From Phormidium sp. (GTDB taxonomy: Bacteria > Cyanobacteriota > Cyanobacteriia > Cyanobacteriales > Aerosakkonemataceae), in contig CP143273.1 in assembly GCA_051013385.1 (NCBI GenBank), positions 352,001 through 416,000 of the forward strand: DNA of 64,000 nucleotides, read 5' to 3'. This document shows, piece after piece, positions 50,522 through 62,272 of this stretch. Each line of letters opens with the position of its first letter. The first letter of the stretch is position 1. The notes below the pieces were generated by a model, which saw only the letters and a program-made list of their open reading frames with translations, was not told the DNA's origin and did not search any database. Both the position numbers and the translations under genes were made by a program.

Positions 50522-51646
50522 ATGGGTAATCAATCAACAACCGCTACTGTTTCTCGCACTCCTTTATATGAATTGGCTTTAGAATCCAAAGCTAGATTTA
50601 CGGAATTTTCCGGTTGGGAAATGCCTGTTCAGTACAGCGGAATAGCACAAGAACATCAAGCAGTTAGAACAGCATCGGGAATGTTTGATATTTCCCACAT
50701 GGGCAAATTTACCATGCAGGGAAAAGATTTAATCTCTCAATTACAAAAGTTAGTTCCTTCTGATTTAAGCAGTTTACAACCTGGTCAAGCTCAGTATACT
50801 GTTTTATTAAATTCTGAAGGTGGAATCATTGACGATATTATTTTTTACTATCAGGGTGAAGCAGCAGGAATACAGCAGGGAGTAATGATTGTTAATGCTG
50901 CAACTACGCCAAAAGATAAAGCTTGGTTGTTAAGTAATTTAGAAACATCAGAAATAGATTTTCAAGATATTTCCCAAGAAAAAGTTTTGATTGCAGTCCA
51001 AGGCCCCCAAGCAATTACGCAGCTACAAAAATTTGTGAAAGAAGATTTAAACGCCATTAAATATTTCGCTCATTTGTTAGGTGTTGTATTAGGAAAACCT
51101 GCTTTTATTGCCCGGACTGGCTACACTGGGGAAGATGGTTTTGAAGTGATGTTAGACCCAAATGTGGGTGTAGAATTGTGGCGTAATTTATTAGCAGAAG
51201 GTGTGGTTCCCTGTGGACTAGGTGCGAGAGATACTTTGCGTTTAGAAGCAGCAATGGCACTTTACGGACAGGATATTAATGAAGGGACAACGCCTTTAGA
51301 AGCGGGGTTAGGTTGGTTGGTACATTTAGATAGAAAAGGCGAATTTATTGGTCGGGAAATATTGACAGAACAAAAAGCATCGGGGGTAGAAAGAAAACTG
51401 GTAGCTTTGCAAATGCAAGGGCGTAATATTGCCCGTCAAGGTTATCCGATAAGCTATGAAGGGGAAACGGTGGGAGAGGTGACTAGTGGAAGTTGGTCGC
51501 CTACTTTGGAATGCCCGATCGCACTAGCTTATCTACCCACAAATTTAGCTAAAATTGGTCAAGAATTACAAGTGGAAATTCGCGGCAAATTTTATCCCGC
51601 TAAAGTAGTGAAAAAGCCTTTTTATCGTTCTCCAAATAAAGTCTAA
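50522..51646 (+). CDS. gcvT: Glycine cleavage T protein (aminomethyltransferase)
   Basis: GWEMPVQY, FDISHMG, RTGYTGEDGFE, GLGARDTLRLEA. Confidence 0.96.
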   Translation: MGNQSTTATVSRTPLYELALESKARFTEFSGWEMPVQYSGIAQEHQAVRTASGMFDISHMGKFTMQGKDLISQLQKLVPSDLSSLQPGQAQYTVLLNSEGGIIDDIIFYYQGEAAGIQQGVMIVNAATTPKDKAWLLSNLETSEIDFQDISQEKVLIAVQGPQAITQLQKFVKEDLNAIKYFAHLLGVVLGKPAFIARTGYTGEDGFEVMLDPNVGVELWRNLLAEGVVPCGLGARDTLRLEAAMALYGQDINEGTTPLEAGLGWLVHLDRKGEFIGREILTEQKASGVERKLVALQMQGRNIARQGYPISYEGETVGEVTSGSWSPTLECPIALAYLPTNLAKIGQELQVEIRGKFYPAKVVKKPFYRSPNKV

Positions 51647-51655
51647 TTCTTCTAG

Positions 51656-51708
51656 GCACGTTGTTGCGCTTCAGCGCTCTTATCTAGCGCTAAAGCGCAA
51701 CAACGTAC
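51656..51708. repeat. REP-like inverted pair (GTACGTTGTTGCGCT family)
   Basis: GCACGTTGTTGCGCTTCAGCGCT...AGCGCTAAAGCGCAACAACGTAC between convergent genes. Confidence 0.85.
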
Positions 51709-51712
51709 ATTT

Positions 51713-52543
51713 TTACTTTGACTGATGCTGCAAAATTAGTTTAGTAAATTCTTGCAAAGCTCGATCGTATTCTTTACCTGCTGCATCTTTAAAATCATTG
51801 TGTCCAGCAGTTTCCACAACTAAAACTCGCTTCGGTTCATTAGCAGCAGCAAACAGTTTTTCTCCGTGCCAAAATGGAATAACTGTATCTGCTTTGCCAT
51901 ACATTACTAAAACAGGCGATCGCACCTTTTTAATTTTTTCGATATTATTAAACTTATCAAAAGGAAACAGCGTAATTTGTGTTACCACGCGAAAAGTACT
52001 GACAAAAGTATTCTCTAAAATTAACCCTCCCACAGGTTGGCGACTCGCTAAATCTACTGATGGCCCACCACCAACAGAACGACCATAGAGTATAATTTTG
52101 TTTGGACTTACACCTAACTTTTGTGTGAGATAATCATAAGCAGCATCAATATCTTTATAAGCATTTTTTTCACTCGGATTTCCTTGACTCGTACCATATC
52201 CGCGATAATCATAAGCAAATACCGCAAATCCCAAGTTTCGCAATTCTGCCAGTATCGGTGAAATCTCGCCTAAATCTTCCGCATTCCCATGACTGTAGAG
52301 AATGGTAAACTTAGCTTGCGGATTAGGTAAGTAAACTGCTGAGATTTTCACTCCATCTTTAGTGGTTAACTTGAGAATTTGATTGTTATCTTGGTAAGTG
52401 GATGGTTGGGGTAAAAAAATCATCCGATCGCTAAAAAAGTAAGCATATAAGCCAACACAAGCATAGATAAAAATGATCGATCGCATAATTCGTAACCCAG
52501 AAAACTCACCTATTAGCAGTTTTTTCAAAATTCGCTTATTCAT
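51713..52543 (-). CDS. Alpha/beta hydrolase (ABHD17-like)
   Basis: SHGNAEDL, YDYRGYG, GRSVGGG, AGHND. Confidence 0.9.
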   Translation of the reverse strand: MNKRILKKLLIGEFSGLRIMRSIIFIYACVGLYAYFFSDRMIFLPQPSTYQDNNQILKLTTKDGVKISAVYLPNPQAKFTILYSHGNAEDLGEISPILAELRNLGFAVFAYDYRGYGTSQGNPSEKNAYKDIDAAYDYLTQKLGVSPNKIILYGRSVGGGPSVDLASRQPVGGLILENTFVSTFRVVTQITLFPFDKFNNIEKIKKVRSPVLVMYGKADTVIPFWHGEKLFAAANEPKRVLVVETAGHNDFKDAAGKEYDRALQEFTKLILQHQSK

Positions 52544-52686
52544 AATGAGTAGCTAAAAATATAGCTAATAAAATTAACCTTCAGGGGAAATAACCCGATA
52601 TTCTGTACTTATATACAAGATCTGTCAGTTCTGCCTAAAATGCAACTGCAAAATCCTTAAATTATCTATCTTTGTGAGGAAGTTAA

Positions 52687-53076
52687 ATGTCTCTCGAATA
52701 TCCCGATGACCTAAAATACCTCGACACCCACGAATATGTCCGACTTGATGGCGAAATTGCTACGATCGGCATTAGCGCCTTCGCCGTAGACCAATTGGGT
52801 GACATCGTATTTCTGGAATTGCCAGAAATTGGCGACCCACTTAGCAAGGGAGAAGCCTTCGGAACAGTTGAGTCCGTCAAAGCAGTGGAAGACCTCAAAG
52901 CCCCCATTACCGGAACAGTCGTCGAACGCAACGAAGCAATGATTGAAACACCAGAAGAAATAGGCGAAGACCCCTACGGCGAAGGATGGTTACTTAAAGT
53001 ACGCATCGACGACCCCGACGAAATAAATGATGCCCTTTCCGCCGACGAGTACCGCGCCCAAGTAGAAGGGGAATAG
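52687..53076 (+). CDS. gcvH: Glycine cleavage H protein
   Basis: HEYVR, QLGDIVF, VESVKA lipoyl-Lys, DPYGEGW. Confidence 0.96.
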   Translation: MSLEYPDDLKYLDTHEYVRLDGEIATIGISAFAVDQLGDIVFLELPEIGDPLSKGEAFGTVESVKAVEDLKAPITGTVVERNEAMIETPEEIGEDPYGEGWLLKVRIDDPDEINDALSADEYRAQVEGE

Positions 53077-53309
53077 GGACTGGGGACTGGGGACTGGGGA
53101 AGTTTTGAGTTTTGAGTTTTGAGTTTTGAGTGAGGGACAAAGTTCTGAATTTTAAGTTATCTCCCCTGCCCCTCTGCCCCTCTGCTCCCCTGCTCCCCTG
53201 CTCCCCTGCCCCTCTGCCCCCCTGCTCCCCTGCTCCCCTGCTCCCCTGCCCCTCTGCCCCCCTGCTCCCCTGCCCCTCTGCCCCCCTGCCCCTCTGCCCC
53301 TCTGCCCCT
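53076..53309. repeat. STRR-type tandem repeats
   Basis: (GGGACTG)n, (TTTTGAG)n, long (CTGCCCCT/CTGCTCCC)n tract. Confidence 0.9.
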
Positions 53310-53362
53310 TGATGGCAAATACTTGTTAAAACTTAATTAAGTCAATTGTGGAGAATCATTAA

Positions 53363-56269
53363 GTGGCAACTTCTAGCCCTTCTACCAAATCTAGCCCTCA
53401 AATGGGACAAACAGATAGTTTTGCTAGCAGGCATATTGGCCCTAGCCCAGAAGAAATTAAACAAATGCTGGAATTGTTGGGACTTTCTAGCTTAGATGAA
53501 CTCATAGAAAAAACTGTTCCCCCTTCTATTCGCATTTCTCGTCCGTTACAACTACCACCCGCCCAAAGTGAATATGCTGCCCTTGCCAATTTAAAAGAAA
53601 TTGCCTCCAAAAATCAGATATTTCGCTCTTTTATTGGCATGGGTTATTCTGATTGCATCACCCCACCTGTTATTCTGAGAAACATTTTAGAAAATCCCGG
53701 TTGGTACACTGCTTACACTCCCTACCAAGCAGAAATTGCCCAAGGAAGATTAGAAGCATTATTAAATTTCCAAACCATGATTATTGAATTAACAGGTTTG
53801 GAAATTGCCAACGCTTCCTTATTAGATGAAGCAACCGCAGCCGCTGAAGCCATGACCTTAAGTTATGGTGTAGCTAAAAACAAAGCAAAAGCTTTCTTCG
53901 TTTCTCAAGATTGCCATCTCCAAACGATCGAAGTCGTCCAAACTCGCGCCAATCCTTTAGGAATTGAAGTTATCGTTGGCAACCATGAAAAATTCGCCTT
54001 TGACGAACCAATTTTCGGCGCATTACTCCAATATCCCGCCACAGATGGCACAATTTATGATTACCAGAAATTCATCGAACAAGCACATAAAGTTGGTGCA
54101 TTAGTCACAGTAGCCGCAGATATTTTAAGCTTAACTTTACTCACTCCTCCAGGGGAATTTGGCGCTGATATTGCCGTAGGAAATACCCAGCGTTTTGGCG
54201 TACCTTTAGGTTATGGTGGCCCTCACGCCGCATATTTCGCCACCAAAGAAGAGTTTAAACGCCAAGTTCCGGGCAGAATTGTTGGTGTTTCCAAAGATGC
54301 TAATGGAAAATCAGCTTTACGTTTAGCTTTGCAAACTCGCGAACAACATATTCGCCGGGAAAAAGCTACAAGTAATATTTGTACTGCCCAAGTTTTATTA
54401 GCCGTAATTGCTAGTATGTATGCGGTTTATCATGGGGCGGCAGGAATAAAGAGAATTGCGGAAAATATTCATCAGTTAACACACCTTTTGGCTGAAGGAT
54501 TAAAGCAGTTAGGTTACAAAATTACTGGCGAATATTTCTTTGATACGATTCGGGTAGACTTGGGAAGTCGCAGTCTAACAGAAATTCTGCAAGCCGCAGA
54601 AGTTCAGCAAATCAACCTGCGAGTCTTTGATGACAAATCTGTGGGTATTTCCCTAGATGAAACTACCACTATTGAAGATTTACAAAACCTTTGGGCAATC
54701 TTCGCGCTAGGAGAAGAATTACCTTTTAATGCGGAAGAATTTGTCGGGGTAATTCATGAATTACCCCGACAAATTCAAAACTCTTTAACCCGTACTAGTA
54801 ATTATCTAACTCATCCCGTCTTTAATCAATATCATTCGGAAACCGAATTATTGCGTTATCTCCATCGTTTGCAAGCCAAAGATTTATCATTGACAACTTC
54901 AATGATTCCCTTGGGTTCTTGTACAATGAAGTTAAACGCAACGGCGGAAATGATTCCCGTAACTTGGGCAGAGTTTGGCAAAATTCACCCCTTTGCACCC
55001 CTTTCTCAAACTAGGGGTTATCAAGTAATGTTCCAGCAATTAGAAGAATGGTTGGCGGAAATTACAGGTTTTGCCGCAGTTTCTTTGCAACCAAATGCGG
55101 GTTCTCAAGGGGAATATGCCGGACTTTTAGTAATTCGAGAATATCATGAAAGTCGGGGAGAAAATCATCGCAATGTTTGTTTAATTCCGCAATCTGCACA
55201 TGGAACAAATCCAGCTAGTGCGGTAATGTGTGGTTTAAAAGTTGTGCCGATCGCTTGCGATGAACATGGTAATATTGATGTTACCGACCTGAAAAATAAG
55301 GCGGAAAAACACAGTAAAGAACTCGCCGCTTTAATGGTGACTTATCCTTCTACTCACGGGGTTTTTGAGTCAGAAATTAAGGAGATTTGTGAAATAGTTC
55401 ACTCTCACGGCGGTCAAGTTTATATGGATGGGGCTAATATGAATGCCCAAGTTGGTTTATGTCGTCCGGGAGATTTTGGCGCTGATGTTTGCCATTTGAA
55501 TTTACACAAAACTTTCTGTATTCCTCATGGTGGTGGGGGGCCGGGAATGGGTCCGATCGCAGTATCATCTCATTTAGTACCTTTCTTACCCGGTCATTCT
55601 GTAGTAAAAATCGGAGAACAAATCGGAATTGGTGCGGTTTCTGCTGCACCTTGGGGTAGTGCTAGTATCCTACCAATTTCTTGGATGTACATCGCAATGA
55701 TGGGCGGGGAAGGGTTAACAGAAGCGACGAAAGTGGCGATTCTTAATGCTAATTATATGGCTCGTCGTTTACAAGATTATTACCCAGTTTTGTACAAGGG
55801 AAATAATGGTTTTGTGGCGCATGAGTGTATATTGGATTTGCGATCGCTCAAAAAATCCGCCAGCATCGAAGTAGATGATATCGCTAAACGCTTAATGGAT
55901 TATGGTTTTCACGCCCCTACCGTTTCTTGGCCCGTTGCAGGTACAGTAATGGTAGAACCAACCGAAAGCGAATCGAAAGCAGAATTAGACCGTTTTTGTG
56001 ATGCCATGATTGCCATTCGTCAGGAAATTGCGGAAATTGAAACAGGCAAATTTGATGCGGAAAATAATGTCTTGAAAAATGCACCCCACACCGCAGAAAC
56101 TTTAATTTCTGATGATTGGAATCGCCCTTATTCTCGCACCCAAGCCGCTTACCCGGCACCTTGGTTAAAAGAACACAAATTTTGGCCTCCTGTCAGCAGA
56201 ATTGATAATGCTTTTGGCGATCGGAATTTTGTCTGCTCCTGTTTGCCAATGTCAGCCTATGACGAATAG
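53363..56269 (+). CDS. gcvP: Glycine dehydrogenase (decarboxylating), P protein
   Basis: [49 protein letters not shown]. Confidence 0.97.
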   Translation: MATSSPSTKSSPQMGQTDSFASRHIGPSPEEIKQMLELLGLSSLDELIEKTVPPSIRISRPLQLPPAQSEYAALANLKEIASKNQIFRSFIGMGYSDCITPPVILRNILENPGWYTAYTPYQAEIAQGRLEALLNFQTMIIELTGLEIANASLLDEATAAAEAMTLSYGVAKNKAKAFFVSQDCHLQTIEVVQTRANPLGIEVIVGNHEKFAFDEPIFGALLQYPATDGTIYDYQKFIEQAHKVGALVTVAADILSLTLLTPPGEFGADIAVGNTQRFGVPLGYGGPHAAYFATKEEFKRQVPGRIVGVSKDANGKSALRLALQTREQHIRREKATSNICTAQVLLAVIASMYAVYHGAAGIKRIAENIHQLTHLLAEGLKQLGYKITGEYFFDTIRVDLGSRSLTEILQAAEVQQINLRVFDDKSVGISLDETTTIEDLQNLWAIFALGEELPFNAEEFVGVIHELPRQIQNSLTRTSNYLTHPVFNQYHSETELLRYLHRLQAKDLSLTTSMIPLGSCTMKLNATAEMIPVTWAEFGKIHPFAPLSQTRGYQVMFQQLEEWLAEITGFAAVSLQPNAGSQGEYAGLLVIREYHESRGENHRNVCLIPQSAHGTNPASAVMCGLKVVPIACDEHGNIDVTDLKNKAEKHSKELAALMVTYPSTHGVFESEIKEICEIVHSHGGQVYMDGANMNAQVGLCRPGDFGADVCHLNLHKTFCIPHGGGGPGMGPIAVSSHLVPFLPGHSVVKIGEQIGIGAVSAAPWGSASILPISWMYIAMMGGEGLTEATKVAILNANYMARRLQDYYPVLYKGNNGFVAHECILDLRSLKKSASIEVDDIAKRLMDYGFHAPTVSWPVAGTVMVEPTESESKAELDRFCDAMIAIRQEIAEIETGKFDAENNVLKNAPHTAETLISDDWNRPYSRTQAAYPAPWLKEHKFWPPVSRIDNAFGDRNFVCSCLPMSAYDE

Positions 56270-56287
56270 TTGGTAACTACCTCTGCC

Positions 56288-56320
56288 AGATCCCCGGCTT
56301 CCTCAAGAAGTCGGGAATCT
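56288..56320. repeat. Palindromic repeat, possible terminator
   Basis: AGATCCCCGGCTTC...GAAGTCGGGAATCT after gcvP; same family as 8361-8393. Confidence 0.65.
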
Positions 56321-56689
56321 AATAGAATATAAAAAATATAAAATTTTCTATGCAAATCATAAAGTTTTTCTATGTAAAACAATTTATTTTCATATATATA
56401 AAAAAATGTTTGTGTTAATATGCTAAAAGCACTTTAGTTGCTGCTTATTAGGGTGATAGTGAACCAAGCCATTTTCACAGAATAAACTAGGTACGCTGCC
56501 ATTGTTATTGGGGTGTGCCAGAATTTTTGTCGAGATAAAAAGTGGGCTGCGCTTTGATTTGTTAATTCTCAAAGTTCAGTCGAATTTTTATACCTGCCTA
56601 TAAATAATTATCAAGGCAATTCAGCTTAATTGCTAATTGCTCGTCGAGCATTTGTTGATTTTCATCTCTTTAAAATCGATTCACTATTT

Positions 56690-58429
56690 ATGCACACTCT
56701 ACCCTCTAAAAAGACCGATCGACTTGAGCAAGCTTTAGCTCCTTTACATAAAAAATACGATCAATTAGCAAAAATGTTAAAAGTTCCGTTTCGGGCGATC
56801 GGATTTTTCAAATTTCTTCAAGGTCTTCCCGTACACCCAACCCGTGAATCACTCAGATATGCAGTAGCTCTGATGGATACAGAAGATCCTCAAATGTATC
56901 AGCGAGCTATAGAAATAATACAACAAATCTTAAGTTTACAAGACAAAGAATCACGCAGCAAAAATTATGGAATTTGGCCGAAATATCTCGAAGAAAGACT
57001 TTTTAAAATAGTTCAGCCCGATCCAAACTGGCGTGAATTTTTAGCTACACAACTATTACAACTCGCACTTTATCATCGTCCTAACTTACCTGTTAAGTTA
57101 ATGGCTCAAGTCGATCGTGCTATCCTCTGCGCTGCACGTAACATTCAACAACGTAATATCCCTCTTGATTACACCAACATTGCCATTATGGGCATTTATG
57201 TAACCCTAGTTACAGGTCAAATCTACGAAATCAATGATTTATACAATTATGGCATAAATCGTCTTCAGGAATTCTCTCAATACGTCCTAGAACAAAATAA
57301 TTTTACTGAATACAACAGTCCAGATTATACAGTTATTACCTTAGAAATTTTAGGTCGTCTGAGGCTATATGCCAAAGATTTTAACAATGTTACAATAGCA
57401 GAACTAGTTGAGCCTCTATATCGTTTAAGTTGGACAGAAATAGCCGCTCATTTCCATCCCCCTACTCGCCAATGGGCAGGTCCCCATAGCCGAAGCTACA
57501 GGACTTTACTCCCAATTGAAGTATTAGCATTAATAGAACGTTCTACCTCAGAATTAATTGATTTTGGCACTTTTAAAAAGTACGCTGCCCTAGATGAATA
57601 TCGCCTCCCCTTACCTTGTCCCTCTGATTTAGAAACACTATTTCTCTACTTAAATGAACCTCGCACTGTAACTCAAACCTTGTCTAAAAGATTACCCAAT
57701 CAGGTGCTAACAACTTATCTGGCTCCCGCTTTTACCTTGGGAAGTGTTAATTATAGTGACTTTTGGCATCAGCGGCGACCTTTATCGATCTATTGGGGAA
57801 CATATCAAGAGCCAAGTTATTTAAGAGTACGCTGTTTGTACAACAATATAGATTACGCAGCAGCACAATTTTTTAGCGTGCAAAATGAGGGAAATATTCT
57901 TTGCGGTGTTTCTTTTGCGACCGATATTAACCCGATCAATCCTTACATTAGCCAAAAGAAAAAACTTAATTCTCAATTACCGATCAAAGATTTGCGGTTG
58001 CGTTTTGAGTTTGGCGGTTCTATTAATATGAAAAATCTTCAGACTCAGCTTTCATCATTAGCTACTCTGAACTCAACTGTTTGTCTATCCTTTGGCGACT
58101 TAAATATTCAGATTCAAATTCCCTACGCACAATTTGGTCAATCAACAGGCAAATGGCAAATCGATCGAGACTCACAATGTTTTTATCTGGATCTGTTGCT
58201 ATGTACTGGGAAGAACCAAGTATGTAATCTTTCTAATCTTAGCCAAAGCGCGATCGCATTTGCCCTCAAAGTAACAACTGAAAAAATTTTGTCGCCTCAA
58301 GTCTCAATCAATATTGTTGATAATTGGCTAAACATGGCGTGGGAAAATCTCAACCTTAAACTTTGGACTAAACCCGCCGAACAGCAGTTTTTAAACATAT
58401 CAACCTTTTCCAGCGACATACACAAATAA
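56690..58429 (+). CDS. Hypothetical protein, possibly heparinase II/III-like carbohydrate-active fold
   Basis: Long ORF; DPNW, YTNI, EYNSPDY, WAGPHSRSY motifs; helical N-half, beta-rich C-half. Confidence 0.6.
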   Translation: MHTLPSKKTDRLEQALAPLHKKYDQLAKMLKVPFRAIGFFKFLQGLPVHPTRESLRYAVALMDTEDPQMYQRAIEIIQQILSLQDKESRSKNYGIWPKYLEERLFKIVQPDPNWREFLATQLLQLALYHRPNLPVKLMAQVDRAILCAARNIQQRNIPLDYTNIAIMGIYVTLVTGQIYEINDLYNYGINRLQEFSQYVLEQNNFTEYNSPDYTVITLEILGRLRLYAKDFNNVTIAELVEPLYRLSWTEIAAHFHPPTRQWAGPHSRSYRTLLPIEVLALIERSTSELIDFGTFKKYAALDEYRLPLPCPSDLETLFLYLNEPRTVTQTLSKRLPNQVLTTYLAPAFTLGSVNYSDFWHQRRPLSIYWGTYQEPSYLRVRCLYNNIDYAAAQFFSVQNEGNILCGVSFATDINPINPYISQKKKLNSQLPIKDLRLRFEFGGSINMKNLQTQLSSLATLNSTVCLSFGDLNIQIQIPYAQFGQSTGKWQIDRDSQCFYLDLLLCTGKNQVCNLSNLSQSAIAFALKVTTEKILSPQVSINIVDNWLNMAWENLNLKLWTKPAEQQFLNISTFSSDIHK

Positions 58430-59093
58430 ATGCCTCTTTCTTAACTTGGGGTGGAAAACCTTGGTTTTGCGAACGGGGGACTGCGATTAATCAGGTTTAC
58501 CGATCGCCATAAATAAATTAGGGAAAAGCCACCCCGGTTTACTGAACAATAAATTACGATAAGATAAATTTAATCCAAACTTCATCAAGTATTTACAAAA
58601 ACTTCATAAATTAGGGTAGTGAAATATTATTTAATCAATCCAGATACAGGTTAAAAGCTAGTATTTACAGTACTTTACCGAGTTAGTCACAATTTTTGGT
58701 GGTAAAAGGCGATCGATTCCTGTTAACGAAATAAAAAAAATCAAATTTACTTGTTATTTACTGCTACTGCTATTATAATACAAAGTGGATTATTTACTTT
58801 GTACTCATTAATCCAATTGATTTAGCAATAAATATGGCAATGTTGTTAACATAAACAATGAATATAATCCCTATTGTCTAGGATTAATTAAATTTAAATT
58901 TTAGAGGAATAAAAACGCTTTATGAAGAAAAGAAAGCCAAAAAAAGCAAGAATAAATTTCTTGCTTCTAACTCGTGACTGAACAAGCGCCATCTAAGTTG
59001 TATAGATAGCCAAGGAAAGGCTCAACAAAAGGAAATACAGCAGTAAAAACTTCTCAATTGAATTAATACCTTTATTACTAGGAGGAACAGAAA

Positions 59094-61769
59094 ATGGATC
59101 TGCTCGGTAATGGTTTGCGCGGAGAGTATTACGACACAGACGACCTGTATCAAAACAACTCCAGCCATCTGAAATTTATCCGCACAGATAGTACAGTGAA
59201 TTTTAATTGGGGTACGGGTTCACCCGGTACAGGGATTGGCTCGGATTATTTTTCAGCCCGCTGGACGGGACAGGTAAAAGTTCCCACTTCCGGTAACTAT
59301 ACATTTTTTACCGAAGCGGATGAAGGTGTGAGGCTTTGGGTGAATGGACAACTACTAATCGACGAGTGGGAAGATGCGGGAGTAGTGACTAACGGCAGCG
59401 GTACCATCAATCTCACAGGCGATCGAATGTACGATATCAAGCTGGAATACTTTGAGTTTCGCGGACAGGCATCTGCTCGACTGCTATGGTCGGGACCGAA
59501 TCTATCTAAGCAGGTGATTCCCCAGAGCCACTTATATTCGACTCCTGTAGGTGGTTCCCCTCCCGTTGATACCACTCCGCCAACCGCCAATGTAACAGCC
59601 CCAGATATTTTGACAGAGGGCGGCATCACATATCAATTTAATGTGACATATTCGGATAATACAGCAATGAATGTAGCAACGCTGAATGGTAGCGATATTT
59701 TAGTAACCGGACCCAATGGTTTTAGCCAGATGGCAGCTTTAGTGAGCCTGAACAACAACAGCAATGGGACACCGCGTACAGCAACTTATCAGATTAATGC
59801 ACCGGGGGGCACTTGGACGATCGACGACAACGGCAGATACACTTTCGTCTTACAACCCAATCAAGTAAGCGATACCAGCGGTAATTTTATGCCCACCTCC
59901 AGCTTAGGGAGTTTTCTAGTCAATGTTCCTAACAATACTGGTAGCCAAACTGAAAACATCGTATTTCCCAATGATGCTGGAGTCATCAATGTCAAAACCC
60001 AGTTTGGTGCCAAAGGGGATGGAGTAACAGATGACACAGCAGCTATTCAAGCAGCGCTTAATGCCTATCCCAATGGAAACCGGATTATTTATTTGCCAAA
60101 TGGAACTTACCTGGTTTCCGATCGCTTAAGTTGGCCTGTAGGTACTGTAGGAGGTGAAGAATACAAGCGAACTATTCTCCAAGGACAAAGCCAGCAGGGG
60201 ACGATCGTCAAATTAAGGGATAATGCCCCGGGGTACACAAACGCCAGCACACCAAAATCAGTTATTTTTACAGGCCCTAGCCCTGCTCAAAGGTTCCGTA
60301 ACTCGATTCGCAACTTGACACTGGATACGGGACTGGGAAATGCCGGAGCGATCGGCATTCAGTTCAACGCCAGCAATCAAGGAACCCTACGCGAAGTCAC
60401 CATTCGATCGGGCGACGGACAAGGCATCAACGGCTTAGACATGAACTTTATGGACGAAATTGGCCCACTTTTGGTAAAAAACGTCTCCGTCAAAGGATTT
60501 CAATACGGCATTCGCACTGGCTTTAACGTCAACAGTCAAACATTGGAAAATATCAAGTTAGAAAATCAAAGCGTCTATGGAATTTACAACACAGGTCAAG
60601 TAATTAGCATTCGGGGATTGACCAGTACAAACGGGGTGACAGCCGTTTACAATCAGCGAGGACGAATGACCTTGGTTGATGCCACCTTCACTGGTACCAG
60701 CGGCGCTGCCACTAAACCAGCGATCAAAAGCGATCCCATGAACAGCCTATTAGTTCGCAACTTAACAACATCAGGCTATCAATTAGCTATTGACAACGAC
60801 GACGACATTTTAACCGGGCCATCAATCACCGAATTTGTCTCTGGTAGCAACATTAAAAGTTTATTTTCCTCTCCCATGCAAACACTGAATTTGCCGATTA
60901 AGGAAACTCCAGACGTACCTTGGGACAATCCAACCACAACTCCTTGGGCGAATGTGGTTTCCTTTGGGGCAATAGCCAACGATGGCAAAGATGACTCGGC
61001 AGCGGTGCAGCGAGCGATCGATTCCGGCAGAACCACCGTCTATTTTCCCAATGGAAATTATGACCTGCGCCAAACAGTTCTAGTTCGCAACAACGTGCGG
61101 CGCATCATCGGAACAGAAGCAAAAGTCACAGTCGGTACAGAATCCAATCAAACTTACACAGGCTTCAAATTAGTAGATGGCACCAGCCCAGTAGTTGTCT
61201 TTGAAAGGCTGGAAGGAGATTTTTATAAAAACCCAACTTTTGACAATGCCTCTGCAAGAACAATGGTAATTCGCCACTCCTCCAATGTCTCCGGTAACAT
61301 GACAGGATCGGGCGATATATTTATCGAAGATGTCGTCTCCAATCCTTTTTCTAGCTGGACTTTCAACAAGCAAAACGTTTGGGCACGCCAGTTCAACGTA
61401 GAAGTTCAGGGAACCCACATCACAAACAATGGCGGCAACCTCTGGATTTTAGGCTTGAAAACCGAGCGTGGCGGTACACTAATTCACACCAAAGCAGGTG
61501 GAAAAACTGAAGTACTCGGTGGATTCGCCTACACCACAACTCCTACTCTCGATGGCACCCAAAACGATCCGATGTTTATCAATGAAGATTCTTCTCTTTC
61601 CATCAGTATCGGAGAAGTCAACTACGGAGGAGGCCCAAATTACACAACCTACGTTCGCGAAACCCGGAACGGAGAAACTCGCAACCTACCTCGTAGCAGC
61701 GTTCCCAGTTTCGTAGGTAGTGGCAGACAAATCCCTCTTTACGTGGGCTACCCCAATAATTCTCGCTAA
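59094..61769 (+). CDS. PA14-domain plus beta-helix (pectate lyase 3 / GH55-like) protein
   Basis: GLRGEYY..NFNWG..FSARWTG PA14; two NV..FGA.GDG.TDD.AAIQ.A-type motifs; AGGAGG RBS. Confidence 0.85.
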   Translation: MDLLGNGLRGEYYDTDDLYQNNSSHLKFIRTDSTVNFNWGTGSPGTGIGSDYFSARWTGQVKVPTSGNYTFFTEADEGVRLWVNGQLLIDEWEDAGVVTNGSGTINLTGDRMYDIKLEYFEFRGQASARLLWSGPNLSKQVIPQSHLYSTPVGGSPPVDTTPPTANVTAPDILTEGGITYQFNVTYSDNTAMNVATLNGSDILVTGPNGFSQMAALVSLNNNSNGTPRTATYQINAPGGTWTIDDNGRYTFVLQPNQVSDTSGNFMPTSSLGSFLVNVPNNTGSQTENIVFPNDAGVINVKTQFGAKGDGVTDDTAAIQAALNAYPNGNRIIYLPNGTYLVSDRLSWPVGTVGGEEYKRTILQGQSQQGTIVKLRDNAPGYTNASTPKSVIFTGPSPAQRFRNSIRNLTLDTGLGNAGAIGIQFNASNQGTLREVTIRSGDGQGINGLDMNFMDEIGPLLVKNVSVKGFQYGIRTGFNVNSQTLENIKLENQSVYGIYNTGQVISIRGLTSTNGVTAVYNQRGRMTLVDATFTGTSGAATKPAIKSDPMNSLLVRNLTTSGYQLAIDNDDDILTGPSITEFVSGSNIKSLFSSPMQTLNLPIKETPDVPWDNPTTTPWANVVSFGAIANDGKDDSAAVQRAIDSGRTTVYFPNGNYDLRQTVLVRNNVRRIIGTEAKVTVGTESNQTYTGFKLVDGTSPVVVFERLEGDFYKNPTFDNASARTMVIRHSSNVSGNMTGSGDIFIEDVVSNPFSSWTFNKQNVWARQFNVEVQGTHITNNGGNLWILGLKTERGGTLIHTKAGGKTEVLGGFAYTTTPTLDGTQNDPMFINEDSSLSISIGEVNYGGGPNYTTYVRETRNGETRNLPRSSVPSFVGSGRQIPLYVGYPNNSR

Positions 61770-62272
61770 AACATTTTTTCCTTGTCTTCTGTCTCCTGTT
61801 TTCTCCCCTTAAATCTTGCACTCCTAGAGGTGGAACCTCCCAGATCCTCGTTCCTCGTTCCCAGGTTGAACCGGGGAACGAAGAATGGAGGCTGGAGGTG
61901 CAAGATCTGAGTCCCCTTAGAGATTCAATTTCTTTACCATAAGTTTATAAATTTGCCTAATTACTTGATAATTTCTTGATAAAAACTGAGTTCCATTTCA
62001 GAAAAAACAACTAAAAAGTATATAGAAACTGAACTTCCGACCATTAAGTAGTTGTTTTACGGTTAAACACAGAGCTTTTGCCAATGCTAAACTAGCTTCA
62101 GAATCTTTAGTTGGTAGACTTGTTGAAGAGTAAATTTATTTGCATCAAGGTGAAAATTCCGTTCCTCAGTACAACCCGTATCAGGAGCCTAATCAGATTC
62201 TTGTCTCGATAAATTAACGACAAGAATTTTTGTGGTCATACATACGAGCAACCCCGCAGAGAGTAAATCAAA

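Noticed and set aside
53130..53312. Cys/Pro-rich 60-aa ORF resembling a RiPP precursor or metallothionein
   Set aside because: It is the (CTGCCCCT)n tract also found in several other intergenic regions; no modifying enzymes are nearby.
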